From NCBI GenBank assembly GCA_050633305.1, contig JBOEGF010000010.1, forward strand, positions 1 to 64,000: a stretch of 64,000 bases of DNA, read 5' to 3'. This stretch comes from Nannocystales bacterium. Its GTDB lineage: Bacteria > Myxococcota_A > Polyangia > Nannocystales > Nannocystaceae. Made by a program: the position numbers and the translations under genes. How positions within the stretch are numbered: the stretch's first letter is position 1; every line of letters begins with the position of its first letter. The notes under the pieces were generated by a model. It saw only the letters and a list, made by a program, of their open reading frames with translations, made no database searches and was not told where the DNA came from. Shown here piece after piece: positions 1 through 9,971 of this stretch.

Positions 1-943
1 CGTTGTGGCGCAGCCGCATCCGAACGGTCCCCGCGGGGAAGACGACATCGCGATCGCCGGCGTTCCAGCGGGCGAGCGCGTCAGCGTGTTCGCGAGGGAA
101 GTCCTTGCGAAGCCGCTTCATGGCGACGCGCTGGGCGACGGTCTCGGTGGAGAAGTTCGGCTGGCGTCCGAAAAGCTCCTCGCCGTCCTTGGGAAGGGTA
201 CGCCAGTGAATCTTGAGCGCAGCCTTCATTCCGAGCACCGGCTTTCCGGCGCGCTTCTGGGCGAGCTCGGTCTCCTTCTCGGTGAGGGCTTCGCGAATCT
301 TGGCGCGGAGCTCGGCATCGGAGAGCTCGGACATGATGGGCGGACGGTCGAGCATGAGAACGGCGGTGTCCGGGAGCTTGGAGCGGTCGGCAAGGGCAGC
401 TCGGCCCGAGTCCTGCGAGCTCTTGCGGTGCTTGTGCTGGACCTTCTTGGACCACAGGCCGACGGCCGGCTTGGCGACGACGTACTGCTTGCCGTACTCC
501 ATCCGCAGGGAGTTCGAGCCCTTCCAGTGCGCGGTCTTGTGGACGATGCCAGCGGCGACGGCGTTGGCCAAAGTGTAGACGCAGTGCCGGAATACCCGGC
601 CGCCACCGAGCACGGTCTGGATGCCCGGGTCGCGGTCGAAGAAGGCGCCGCTCGTGCCGCGAAGAGCATTGAGTTCGCGAGCGATGAGGGCGTTGAGGTC
701 TTGGAGGAAGTCGGTGATACAGCCGGCGCCGTTGTTGGCGACGAGGTGGTAGTGGGTGGAGATGAACTCGAACTCGTAGAACTGCATACCGGTCTCCTCG
801 CGGTGGCGACAGGAGACGACGCCGAAGCAGAAATCGACGACCCGGCGAACAATGGGCTTGGGCACAAGACGAAAGCTCTGGTGGACGCACCGGCAAGTCA
901 CGAAGACGGTGGTGTTCGGGTAGAGGTTCCGCGGGCTGGACAT
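1..943 (-). CDS. RAYT-like / IS200-superfamily HUH (Y1) tyrosine transposase, 3' end beyond the window
   Basis: Manual translation from ATG at 943: MSSPRNLYPNTTVFVTCRCVHQSFRL...FISTHYHLV (HUH)...GAFFDR...HCVYTLANAVAAGIV (catalytic Tyr, Y-x3-N-x-V-x-AG)...WKGSNS...VVFPAGTVRMRLRHN. Open to the window edge (>314 aa) and not in the ORF track. Confidence 0.8.
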   Translation of the reverse strand, partial: MSSPRNLYPNTTVFVTCRCVHQSFRLVPKPIVRRVVDFCFGVVSCRHREETGMQFYEFEFISTHYHLVANNGAGCITDFLQDLNALIARELNALRGTSGAFFDRDPGIQTVLGGGRVFRHCVYTLANAVAAGIVHKTAHWKGSNSLRMEYGKQYVVAKPAVGLWSKKVQHKHRKSSQDSGRAALADRSKLPDTAVLMLDRPPIMSELSDAELRAKIREALTEKETELAQKRAGKPVLGMKAALKIHWRTLPKDGEELFGRQPNFSTETVAQRVAMKRLRKDFPREHADALARWNAGDRDVVFPAGTVRMRLRHN

Positions 944-1122
944 CGCAGGAGCTGGTCGGCCGTCGTCGAGCATCGTTGCACGGAGGTCGCGTTCGGAGAT
1001 CGATACCCTGATCCCGAGGTGCAGGTGGCGGGATCACCTCGAAGCTGTCGCGACGAATCCTCGTTGAGGTGCGGGACGAATGTAGAGTCGCTACGCGCTC
1101 ACCCAGGCCGAATCTTCGATTT

Positions 1123-1152
1123 CTCAAATGCGACAGCGCTGTCGCATTTGAG
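1123..1152. repeat. Perfect 30-bp palindrome CTCAAATGCGACAGC|GCTGTCGCATTTGAG, candidate REP or element end
   Basis: Exact reverse-complement symmetry, about 180 bp upstream of the RAYT-like gene. Confidence 0.9.
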
Positions 1153-1279
1153 CCCTCACCCGAATCACGGACGTGGTGGGGAACCCGCTGCGGCGTTGGA
1201 CTGGGGTGGTGGGAGCTGGAGGATGTGTCGGACCGGGAGCTCGCGGTGGTGGAGATGCTGGAGCCGGAGGTGTTTCAGA

Positions 1280-2346
1280 CTACCGACGCGCGAGTGTGAG
1301 CCGGAGCCCGAGCCACACTTCGGCCCCGCCGATCGCGAGGCTCGCGGCTCCGTCGGGGGGGTGGAGGCGGCCGGAGGCCCAACCTGCGCGGGGGTCTCCA
1401 GTGTACGAAACGCCGACCGTGGGACCGAGACCCACGCGCAGCGGGCTGGCTGAAGGCTTCAGCCACCACAGCGGAGAGACTCCGATTCCGGGCCCGAGCA
1501 GCAGCCCGGGAACCGGGGCGTCGTCCGACACGAGCTTGGCGGACTCCGCGACGGCCCGCCACCCCTCGAGAGCCAGGTGAGCTCGCGCCTCGAGCTCGAA
1601 CCCAGACCGACGCCAGGAGTAAGCGAGGCCGAGCTGACCGCCGAAGCGGTGGAGCGCTGCGCCACGCCTCTGCCATCCAAGGTACGAGAGGCCGCCGTCC
1701 ACGGTCCATTCGTCGAGTCGAAGACCGAGCCGGAGACGGGCGCCCGGTCCACCCCATCGAGCTTCGGACGCGTTGGGCCCCGCACCGACCGTCGTGATCG
1801 CCTCGACGGTCCCGCGCCACCTCGTACCGTCCGTCGCGGGTGGGTGGGGCTCAGCGGCCGGCAGGGGGGGGTCGGCGACCTCGGGGGGCGGCGGGGCTGC
1901 GTCGGAAGGGGCGGGCGTCTCTTCCGATGTTTCCGCCTCGGGCTCCGTCGGAGGAGGAAGCACCGATGAGCCGGGGTCTTCGTCCGGGACGAGCTGACCT
2001 TCGGCGACACCTGCGAGCAGGTTTGCGGCCGCGGCTGCGATGACTCGAGCTGCGTCGTCCGGTTCTGCCGGGACTGTGCGACGAAAGATCCTTCCGTCGT
2101 CCATCACCAGCAGCAGTTCGTACCCTTGCCCTTGGGTCCGGACGTGCAAGGTTGTGGAACCGTCCGAAGGCGCCGGAGCTCCGGGGGTGATGACCTTCAG
2201 CTTGGGTGCTCGTAGACGCAGCTCCGAGGCGAGCGAATCGGTGTCGACGCCCGGCGCGTCGATCGTCACGGTCTCAGATGCGGGACCGGACGCCGCGCCA
2301 ACGGCCGCGCACAGCGACATTGCCAGCGTGAAGGCTCCGGTTCCAC

Positions 2347-2350
<4 letters not shown>
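1280..2350 (-). CDS. Secreted protein with Pro-rich linker and probable C-terminal beta-barrel (putative outer-membrane protein)
   Basis: ATG at 2350 overlaps the upstream stop (ATGA). Signal-like N-terminus; alternating amphipathic strands ending EVWLGLRLTLARR. Confidence 0.6.
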
Positions 2351-2860
<510 letters not shown>

Positions 2861-2874
<14 letters not shown>

Positions 2875-3916
2875 CGGGCGTCGCTTCGAGGACTCGGATA
2901 CCACGGCGCCTGTGGGCTCCCTTGGGGTAGGTCTCGAGGTAGCTCTGCCAACAGGCGCGCCGTTCGGATTCGATGGACCGGCGACACAAGCCGGCCTGGG
3001 CATCGTCGGCGTGCGGGCCTCGCGGATAGGCAGCGAGGTATTCCTTCCATCGGGACTCTTCGAGCTGTGGGCGTCCGCTCTGTCGAGCCAAGGCAAAGAG
3101 GTCGCCATAGGCCAGGTGCGCCCACTTGGTGCCGCGACCATCGGCGACGACCTGCTCGAACAATGCCGTGGCTTGTTTGAGGTCTCCGTCGCGCCACGCC
3201 GCTTGGGCCGCCTTGTCGAGCACGTGTAGAGGGTTGGGCGGGGGGGTTGAAGTCTCGGGGGGGCTTGGCCGACGACGAGGGCTTCGAGGCGTGGGAGGGG
3301 GAGGGCTCGATGGAGGCGCGACTTGGGCCTCGGGAGCTGGCTCGAGACTGGCCTCGGGAGCTGGCTCGAGTGGGGCGGGTGAGTGAGTCCGAGGTGTGCT
3401 GGTGCGAGGCGGTCGGGCGCTCGCGCTGCTGGTGGTCACGGCGGTGTCCACGAGATCGGCGCTCAGAAGTGTCTCTCGAAGCTCCGGCCGCCGTTCCGTC
3501 GTCGAGCTGTTCGAGCGCGCGAGCACAAACCCCAAGCCGACGAGTGCGAGGGCCGCGGCTGCCAGGGCCGTCCACCGCGAGAGTCCGGTGGCGAAGCTGA
3601 GAGGGCGTGACGGCTTCGTCTGCCGACGCTCGGTCACCGCCTTGTCCGCAGCACGTTGGGCATCGCTGACGAAAACCTCCAGCTCTTTCGGTGTTCTGCC
3701 CTCGTCGCCGGGGGGAGGGATGTTGGCCGCATCTGGTGCACGGGCCAACGCGCGGTCGAGCATCGAGGCATCGACCGCCTCGTCATTCATCTCGTGGGCC
3801 CGACGCATCATCTCGCCGAACTCTGGCGGCGGACACGGGTCATCGTCGAGGACCGAGAGGGTGTCCTCGAGCCAGTCGCCCAGCGACGCGTCTTCAGAGT
3901 CTTGCCGGCCCACCAT
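2861..3916 (-). CDS. Putative membrane-anchored anti-sigma factor with periplasmic TPR domain
   Basis: Directly follows the ECF gene. Acidic N-terminus, single TM (WTALAAAALALVGLGFVLA), Pro-rich linker, TPR-like C-terminus (AQAAWRDGDLKQA...YLAAYPRGPHA). Confidence 0.65.
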
Positions 3917-3918
3917 TG

Positions 3919-4569
3919 TCAACTTTCCTCCATCCAACCCAGGCGGGTCAGCTCTTTTCGCAGGAACTTGCGGGCTCGCGAGGCCCGAATTGCGACCGTG
4001 TTCTCCGTGACATCCAAAATGGCCGCAGCTTCTCGTTGAGAGTGCCCGGCGACATCTCGCAGTAAGAATGCCTCACGGAGGGGCAGCGGCGCAGCGGCCA
4101 ACACCGCGTAGAGCGTCTGCAGACGAATGCGCCGTAGGGTGCCCTCGTCGGGGCACTGGCCGCGAGGAGGAGCGGACTCGGCCGCGCTGGCGACCGAATG
4201 TTTCATGCGCCGTGAACTGCTTGCGACGCGCCAATGACGGCGGACCACGTTGAGAGCGACACCGTGCAGCCAGGTGGAAAAACTGGACCGACCCGAGAAC
4301 CGCGCCAGGCACGTGAGCGCCTTGGCGAAGGTCTCCTGGGTGAGGTCTTCTGCGACATCGCTGTCCCCGGTCAGAAGACGGATGTAGCGATAGATCGCGT
4401 CGAAACGCCCCTTGTAGATCTCAGCCCAGGCGTCGACGTCGCCGCTCTTGGCCCGAGCAACGAGACGCTCGAGCGCGGTGTCGGCCGTGCTCGTGTGCCC
4501 CGCAGGAGTCCCGGCCTGGGTCTTGGACTCGCCTACCAGCCGAACGACTCGCATCCCTAGCGCACCCAT
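3919..4569 (-). CDS. ECF-type RNA polymerase sigma-70 factor
   Basis: Region 2 (VAEDLTQETF...FSGRSSFSTWLHGVALN) and region 4 (LREAFLLRDVAGHSQREAAAILDVTENTVAIRASRAR). Confidence 0.92.
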   Translation of the reverse strand: MGALGMRVVRLVGESKTQAGTPAGHTSTADTALERLVARAKSGDVDAWAEIYKGRFDAIYRYIRLLTGDSDVAEDLTQETFAKALTCLARFSGRSSFSTWLHGVALNVVRRHWRVASSSRRMKHSVASAAESAPPRGQCPDEGTLRRIRLQTLYAVLAAAPLPLREAFLLRDVAGHSQREAAAILDVTENTVAIRASRARKFLRKELTRLGWMEES

Positions 4570-4774
4570 CCTCGCCCGAATGAACTGTCCCGACGGACCC
4601 CTCGTGCGCTGCGCTCGTGTCGTCCCATCCTACGAAGCCCGTGGTCCGTCGCTGGTCGCGTTCGGGTGCGAGTGACGCGGCGCGACACACCACGCGCAGC
4701 CTCACCAACCGCCGCGAGCATGTGTGCGTAGGACCGCCGGGACAACTTGTCGTAGAGAGCGCAACGCATCAGCC

Positions 4775-5332
4775 TTAGCCCTTGTCTGGCCTGTCGCCGG
4801 GCTCATCCGTTCCGGTTGTCGCCCCATGTGTGTCCGGCTCCGGCTCGTCGGCACCGGTGGTGGCGCCTGTGGGGTCGTCGTCGGGGTCGGGACACTCGAC
4901 CTCGTAGTTCCAGCAGTCGCTGTCTTGGCCGTCGGCGCACTGGTACCAGCAGCCGTCGACGGTGGGGTCGTCTTCGCAGCGCTCGATGCAGTCGGTGGCG
5001 TCGGGGTCGTCCGCGCAGAAGAGGGGCGAGCAGGTGTCGTCGGCTGCTGTGGTGGCGCCCTCGGACTCGGCGGGGTCGGGCTCGCAGCTCGTCTCGAGCG
5101 ACCAACAGTCGGCGTCTTGGCCGTCAGCGCACTGGTACCAGCAGCCATCGACCGCCGGGTCATCTTCGCAGCGTTGGATGCAGTCATCCGCGCCGGGGTT
5201 TTCGGCGCAGAACACGGGTGCGCACTCGGAGGTCTGCTTGAGGAGGTCACAACCGAATAGCGCGAGTGACGCGACCATCAGATGTAAGGCTCGCCTAGGA
5301 AGTTTTCGTCCGCGAATGGCTGGAGTCTTCAT
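4775..5332 (-). CDS. Lipoprotein with two 8-Cys repeats (paralogous to 2347-2874)
   Basis: MKTPAIRGRK...VASLALFGC lipobox; internal duplication with a 192-bp (64-aa) period. Confidence 0.8.
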   Translation of the reverse strand: MKTPAIRGRKLPRRALHLMVASLALFGCDLLKQTSECAPVFCAENPGADDCIQRCEDDPAVDGCWYQCADGQDADCWSLETSCEPDPAESEGATTAADDTCSPLFCADDPDATDCIERCEDDPTVDGCWYQCADGQDSDCWNYEVECPDPDDDPTGATTGADEPEPDTHGATTGTDEPGDRPDKG

Positions 5333-5448
5333 GCTCAGACTGAGTGCCACCAGGCCCCGAAAACCTTTCACGCCAAATGTTTTGCGAACCCTTTTCTGCC
5401 CTGGGGACTCATGCCCACGCCCCACGACCTGGGGCCGAGGCATCAACA

Positions 5449-5658
5449 ATGAAACGAAACCTGGCCAACTGGGAACGCTTTGCACGGATCTCCGCCGGAC
5501 TCGCCGCCGCCGCCGCGGGTGTCCTCCTTCTCGAACCCTTGTGGCTCCAAGCGGTGGTGGGGCTCTCAGGGGTTGGATTCAGCCTCACGGGGGCGGCCGC
5601 GCGCTGTCCTGTGTGTCACGTCGCCGGGATTGGAACGTACAAGGGACACGAGTCGTGA
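5449..5658 (+). CDS. DUF2892 (YgaP-like) small membrane protein
   Basis: MKRNLANWERFARISAG...two TM...RCPVCHVAGIGT, matching the N-x3-DR-x2-R ... CP-x4-GI-x-T pattern. Confidence 0.8.
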   Translation: MKRNLANWERFARISAGLAAAAAGVLLLEPLWLQAVVGLSGVGFSLTGAAARCPVCHVAGIGTYKGHES

Positions 5659-6167
5659 ACAACACCGCTGACGATCTCGAGCGCGCCGTGTCTGGAGACT
5701 CGGGCGCGCTCGCCCAGCTCGTGCGAGCGCACCGAGGTCCGTTGCATCGCTACGCCCTTCGGGTCTGCGGAAGCTCCGCGGATGCCGAGGACGCGACACA
5801 GGCAGGCCTCGAGAAGATCGTCCGCGACCCGAGCCAGATTCGAGACGCGAGGAAGCTGCGTCCGTGGCTTTTCACGGTCGCTCGAAACTACTGCCTACGG
5901 CTGGCCCGACACGCATGGCGCTGGGCCGTCGTGCCTCAGACCGAGGTTCCGACCGAAGACACGCTCAGCCCCGAGGATGCGGAGCTCGTGCGTCGCTTGC
6001 TCCACGCGATTGCCGCGCTCGACCCCACCGACCGCGAGGTCCTGATCCGTCGCGACGTGCTGGGCGAGCGTGGAGCGGACGTGGCGCGTGAGATGGGCGT
6101 CTCGCTGCAGTCCATGAAGAGCCGACTCCATCGGGCCCGCAAACGCTTGGCTCGACAGGTCGGCTGA
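5655..6167 (+). CDS. ECF sigma-70 factor
   Basis: GTG overlaps the DUF2892 stop (GTGA); DAEDATQ, WLFTVARN and VSLQSMKSRLHRAR motifs. Confidence 0.9.
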   Translation: MNNTADDLERAVSGDSGALAQLVRAHRGPLHRYALRVCGSSADAEDATQAGLEKIVRDPSQIRDARKLRPWLFTVARNYCLRLARHAWRWAVVPQTEVPTEDTLSPEDAELVRRLLHAIAALDPTDREVLIRRDVLGERGADVAREMGVSLQSMKSRLHRARKRLARQVG

Positions 6168-6301
6168 GGTCGGCCGACGCTTGCGCTGTGTTGGCCGGAG
6201 TCCTCGGTCAGCGACAAAAAAGACGATGAGCCGCCGATGGGGAACCCGGTGACTCGGTCCCGTTGCAACTTCGCGAGAGGCCGAGCGTCTAGGAAGATGT
6301 T

Positions 6302-7552
6302 GTGAAGCTTACGCGAGACCGCGACCCAGCCCGCGGGGTCCTCCGTATCGTCAGCGCAGCGTGGTTGACTGTCGTCGCGTGCACACCCACGGGGAGCACC
6401 GACAAGGCCCCCACACATGCCTCACCGTACGAACTGGGGGTCATGTTGCATCGGGTCATGCCCGGAGAGTCGCTGTCTGCGATCGCAGAGCGGTACGCGG
6501 TCCGTGGAGGGTGGCAAGCGTTGGCGACGCTCAACGACATCCCGAACCCAGACGACCTCCGGGCCGGAGTTGGTCTGCGCGTGCCGTTCAACATCACGAG
6601 CATTGGACTCCCGGGATTCCGCCGGAGCGTTCTCCCGCCGTTGGACCGGTCACTGTGCGATACAAGGATCGCCTCCTCACCGGTTGCCGTTGAGCAGGTG
6701 GGCTGTGTGCAAGCGTCCTGCTCAGACCTCGGAGCCACGCGAGCCTGCGTCTGTTTCGACGGGGACCACTGGCGGGGATCCATCACTGGTACGCACGCAT
6801 GGACATGGACCCTCCCACCTGTCCGCGCAGACATGGACAGGTTCATGTTGCAGTCCATCGACCTGGATTCGAACGGTGTCGACGAGTGGGTGTTTGCGAT
6901 GCACGTCAATACCTCGAACGGGGTCGGCATCCCAACCACAGCCGTGGCTGTGTTCGATGAGAACCATGCCACGCCGCTACAGTTTCTGACCCATACGATG
7001 CCGCAGAGCCTGGCGTTCCCGGACGTGTCGGGAGAGTGCCTCGTTCGCACGGATGAGGTCGGGGGTGCAGTCGGACAACGCGGAGGGAGCGGGGTGTACC
7101 GCACCTCGCAGGACTACCACTATCGCGACGGAACGCTCAGACCAGTCTGGACGCCCGTCGTGGTTGGCACGCAGATCGGGACCGGGGAGACGGAGCCCGT
7201 CGAGCGATGGCCCGACTACGCCACGTCCGAGGACGAGCTCCGACAACATGGGCTCGTTGTCCGTGTCGCTCGACCATCAAAGGGGGAGGGTGGTGTCGAG
7301 TTGACCGTGGACCACGGCGAGGGGGAGAGCGTGTTTCAAGTGCAGACGCTCCGGCTCTACGAGCATGCGCTACCCATCGCCTACAGTCCCACGAACCTCG
7401 GGGCGCTTGTGGGACTCCAAGCCACCGTCGCGAAACGGTCCGAATGGGATACGGAGTACGTGGTGGACCTCGAACTCGCAGACTCGGAGTCCGCGTTTCC
7501 GACCGCGCGCTGGAGAATCCTTGGAGTTGTTCCGAGCGAGGTCCCGCTGTAG
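6302..7552 (+). CDS. LysM-domain putative lipoprotein
   Basis: LTVVAC lipobox-like; HRVMPGESLSAIAERYAV...LATLNDIPNPDDLRAGVGLRVP LysM motif. Start uncertain. Confidence 0.7.
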   Translation: MKLTRDRDPARGVLRIVSAAWLTVVACTPTGSTDKAPTHASPYELGVMLHRVMPGESLSAIAERYAVRGGWQALATLNDIPNPDDLRAGVGLRVPFNITSIGLPGFRRSVLPPLDRSLCDTRIASSPVAVEQVGCVQASCSDLGATRACVCFDGDHWRGSITGTHAWTWTLPPVRADMDRFMLQSIDLDSNGVDEWVFAMHVNTSNGVGIPTTAVAVFDENHATPLQFLTHTMPQSLAFPDVSGECLVRTDEVGGAVGQRGGSGVYRTSQDYHYRDGTLRPVWTPVVVGTQIGTGETEPVERWPDYATSEDELRQHGLVVRVARPSKGEGGVELTVDHGEGESVFQVQTLRLYEHALPIAYSPTNLGALVGLQATVAKRSEWDTEYVVDLELADSESAFPTARWRILGVVPSEVPL

Positions 7553-7700
7553 GACGCGTGCGTCGCAGCGGTGAGTCGCTCTTCCACATGCGTGGCTTGT
7601 GCGAACGTGACCACGACCTTCGCGGTTTCGCCCATTGCCGTCCTGGATGAGCCCGAAATGGCATCCGTATGCGGGCGAGTGCAGTGCTAGCGTCGTTCCG

Positions 7701-9146
7701 ATGTCGAGATCATGGGGGACACTCTTGGGATGCCTGGCGCTTAGCGCTGCGGGCTGTGGCGACGACTCCTCCAGCAGCGGGTCGGGCGGAGCCGACTCGA
7801 CGGGTGCCCCGGCAACGACCGAAGCGAGCTCCACTACCGCGCCAAGTGGGACGACGTTGGCCACGATGAGCGGCGAGGCGAGCACCGCTGCTGCGTCGAG
7901 CTCGGGGCAGGCGGAGGGGACCGGGGCGACGAGCACGGGCGAAGGGGCGACGAGCACGACGGCGGCGTCGTCGAGCGGAGGCGTCGGATCTGAAAGCAGT
8001 GGCACGACGGGAGGGGCGGTCATCGACTGCAACGACGTGAAGCGTCAGCCGTTCGACTTCAGTTACCTATGGGTCGCGAACTCGCCCGAGGGAACGGTTT
8101 CCAAGATCGACACCCAACTCGCGACGGAGGTTGGGCGCTACATCTCGGGCCCGGGCGGGGTCACGGACCCCTCGAGGACATCGGTGAGCGCCGATGGCCG
8201 CTATGCCGTCGTGGTCAATCGCAATGGCGGCATCTCGATGATCGCGGCGGAGACGGACGAGTGCATCGACGCGGATATCAGCGGTTCGATCGAGACCTCG
8301 TCGGGCTCGGATGACGTGCTTGCGTGGGGCGAGGACGAGTGCGTGCTCTGGAACGTCGCGTTGCCCGGGACCGGGAACACGGGGCCCCGGCCGGTGTCGT
8401 GGACGATCGGGGAGCAAGACCCCGTCACCTGCGCGTACGCGATTGGGAACGTCTGGGTCGGCTGGTACGACGATGGCGCGAACCAAGGCAACTTTCGTCT
8501 CCTCGATGGCACCACGGGGGCGACGATCGCAGATGTCGCGGTGCCGAACTGGTCTGGAGAGTCGTTCGGGCCGTACGGCGGGGCGATTGACGCGGACAAC
8601 AACTTCTGGGCGATCGGATGGGGCGGCAACGGTCCGGTCATCCGTATCGATGGGGTGACCAACGTCGCGACCAACTACGGTTCACCAGGCGGATGGATCT
8701 ACGGCATGGGTTTGGATCTCGAGGGCAACACGTGGGCGACAGGGTGCGGAACACCCGATGTCTACCGCTTTGATGCGGTCGCGGAGACCTGGGAAACCGT
8801 GGCGAACATTGCGGGAGCAAGCTGTCTGCGCGGCATGCAAGTCGACTCCAACGGCGTCGCTTGGATCGCAAAGAACAGTCCGTGCGGGTTGGCTTCGATC
8901 GACACCACGACGGATCCGCCAACGGTGCTCGACGCCAACATCGACCTTCCTGGGTGTTCGACACCTGTGGGGGTCAGCATCGACGCAGAGGGCTTTGTCT
9001 GGGTGGTCGATCAGGGGAGCAACCGCGCGATGAAGTACGACCCAACCACAGGGATGGTGGACACGACTGTCGAGGGCTTGGTCGGCCCCTACACCTACTC
9101 GGACATGACCGGGGCCGGCATCGCCGCGCAGATCCTCCCCAGCTAG
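7701..9146 (+). CDS. Lipoprotein with Ser/Thr-rich linker and Vgb-like beta-propeller
   Basis: LALSAAGC lipobox; YLWVANSPEGTVSKIDT, DPSRTSVS and PYTYSDMTG motifs typical of this myxobacterial family. Confidence 0.8.
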   Translation: MSRSWGTLLGCLALSAAGCGDDSSSSGSGGADSTGAPATTEASSTTAPSGTTLATMSGEASTAAASSSGQAEGTGATSTGEGATSTTAASSSGGVGSESSGTTGGAVIDCNDVKRQPFDFSYLWVANSPEGTVSKIDTQLATEVGRYISGPGGVTDPSRTSVSADGRYAVVVNRNGGISMIAAETDECIDADISGSIETSSGSDDVLAWGEDECVLWNVALPGTGNTGPRPVSWTIGEQDPVTCAYAIGNVWVGWYDDGANQGNFRLLDGTTGATIADVAVPNWSGESFGPYGGAIDADNNFWAIGWGGNGPVIRIDGVTNVATNYGSPGGWIYGMGLDLEGNTWATGCGTPDVYRFDAVAETWETVANIAGASCLRGMQVDSNGVAWIAKNSPCGLASIDTTTDPPTVLDANIDLPGCSTPVGVSIDAEGFVWVVDQGSNRAMKYDPTTGMVDTTVEGLVGPYTYSDMTGAGIAAQILPS

Positions 9147-9155
9147 GGAAGGCCC

Positions 9156-9323
9156 CTAGAGAGACGAACCGCTAAATCCCACCCGCCAGTGCACGCCTGG
9201 GACCAGCTGTGGCGGTGTCGCTCAGCGCTCGCCGTGTACCCGACACAGCTTCGGCCTCACTCCGAACCACAGCTACCCCCAGACGCGCACTGACCCGCGC
9301 GATTTAGCGGTTCGTCTCTCTAG
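9156..9323. mobile_element. 168-bp palindromic MITE-like element with perfect 23-bp terminal inverted repeats including CTAG ends
   Basis: CTAGAGAGACGAACCGCTAAATC (9156-9178) and GATTTAGCGGTTCGTCTCTCTAG (9301-9323), plus nested internal stems. Confidence 0.75.
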
Positions 9324-9340
9324 CATCCTGACGCTGTCGC

Positions 9341-9389
9341 TTGACAGCCTAGGTCGGTTGTCCTAAAGCATGGTAGGGCAACCGTCCTA
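9341..9389 (+). promoter_or_regulatory. TTGACA -35 element with two TAGG-N8-CCTA operators for the downstream TetR
   Basis: TTGACA at 9341-9346; TAGGTCGGTTGTCCTA at 9350-9365; TAGGGCAACCGTCCTA at 9374-9389. Confidence 0.75.
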
Positions 9390-9392
9390 GTC

Positions 9393-9971
9393 ATGGAACC
9401 ATCCACGCGCGAACGCATCGTCGAGGCGGCGGACGACCTCTTCTACCGTCAGGGCTACGAGCACACGTCGTTCGCGTCGATTGCGAGCGCGGTTCAGATC
9501 TCGCGGGGAAACTTCTATCACCACTTCAAGTCGAAGGATCAGATCCTCGACGCGGTGATCGACCTGCGACTCGAGAACACCCAGGGGATGCTGGACGAAT
9601 GGGAGCAGGAGGCATCCTCGCCGCGGGATCGGATCCGCTGCTTCGTCCGTATCCTGGTCACCAACCGGGCAAAAATCGAACTCTACGGGTGTCCTGTGGG
9701 GACACTGTGCACCGAGCTGGCGAAGCTCGAACATGCCGCCCAGGACAAGGCCGCGCGGGTCTTCACCCTCTTCCGGGGCTGGCTCACCCGCCAGTTTGAG
9801 GCTCTTGGGCACGGTGCCGCATCCGACAACCTCGCGCTACACGTTCTGGGGCACAGCCAGGGGGTCGCTGTTCTCGCCTCGACGTTTCGCGAGCCAGACT
9901 ACATCGACCGTGAAGTCGAAGAGGTCGAGCGATGGCTTCGGCGGCTTCGCAAGCCCAGGAGTGACGCGTGA
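9393..9971 (+). CDS. TetR family regulator (NemR/LmrA-like)
   Basis: TRERIVEAADDLFYRQGYEHTS...SRGNFYHHFKSKD HTH; GCPVGTL C-terminal motif. Confidence 0.92.
   Translation: MEPSTRERIVEAADDLFYRQGYEHTSFASIASAVQISRGNFYHHFKSKDQILDAVIDLRLENTQGMLDEWEQEASSPRDRIRCFVRILVTNRAKIELYGCPVGTLCTELAKLEHAAQDKAARVFTLFRGWLTRQFEALGHGAASDNLALHVLGHSQGVAVLASTFREPDYIDREVEEVERWLRRLRKPRSDA

Noticed and set aside
5..1453. 482-aa plus-strand ORF and the minus-strand ORFs 81-1127 and 226-867
   Set aside because: Antisense or off-frame shadows of the RAYT-like gene, which lies in the third minus frame and runs off the window.
3324..3370. 24-bp tandem repeat (GGCCTCGGGAGCTGGCTCGAG core, x2)
   Set aside because: Simple duplication in a Pro-rich linker (LEPAPEA x2); no further significance evident.
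4893..5223. Near-identical ~110-bp direct repeats as a possible DGR template/variable pair or CRISPR
   Set aside because: In-frame domain duplication with mostly synonymous, non-adenine-specific differences; no reverse transcriptase or cas genes.
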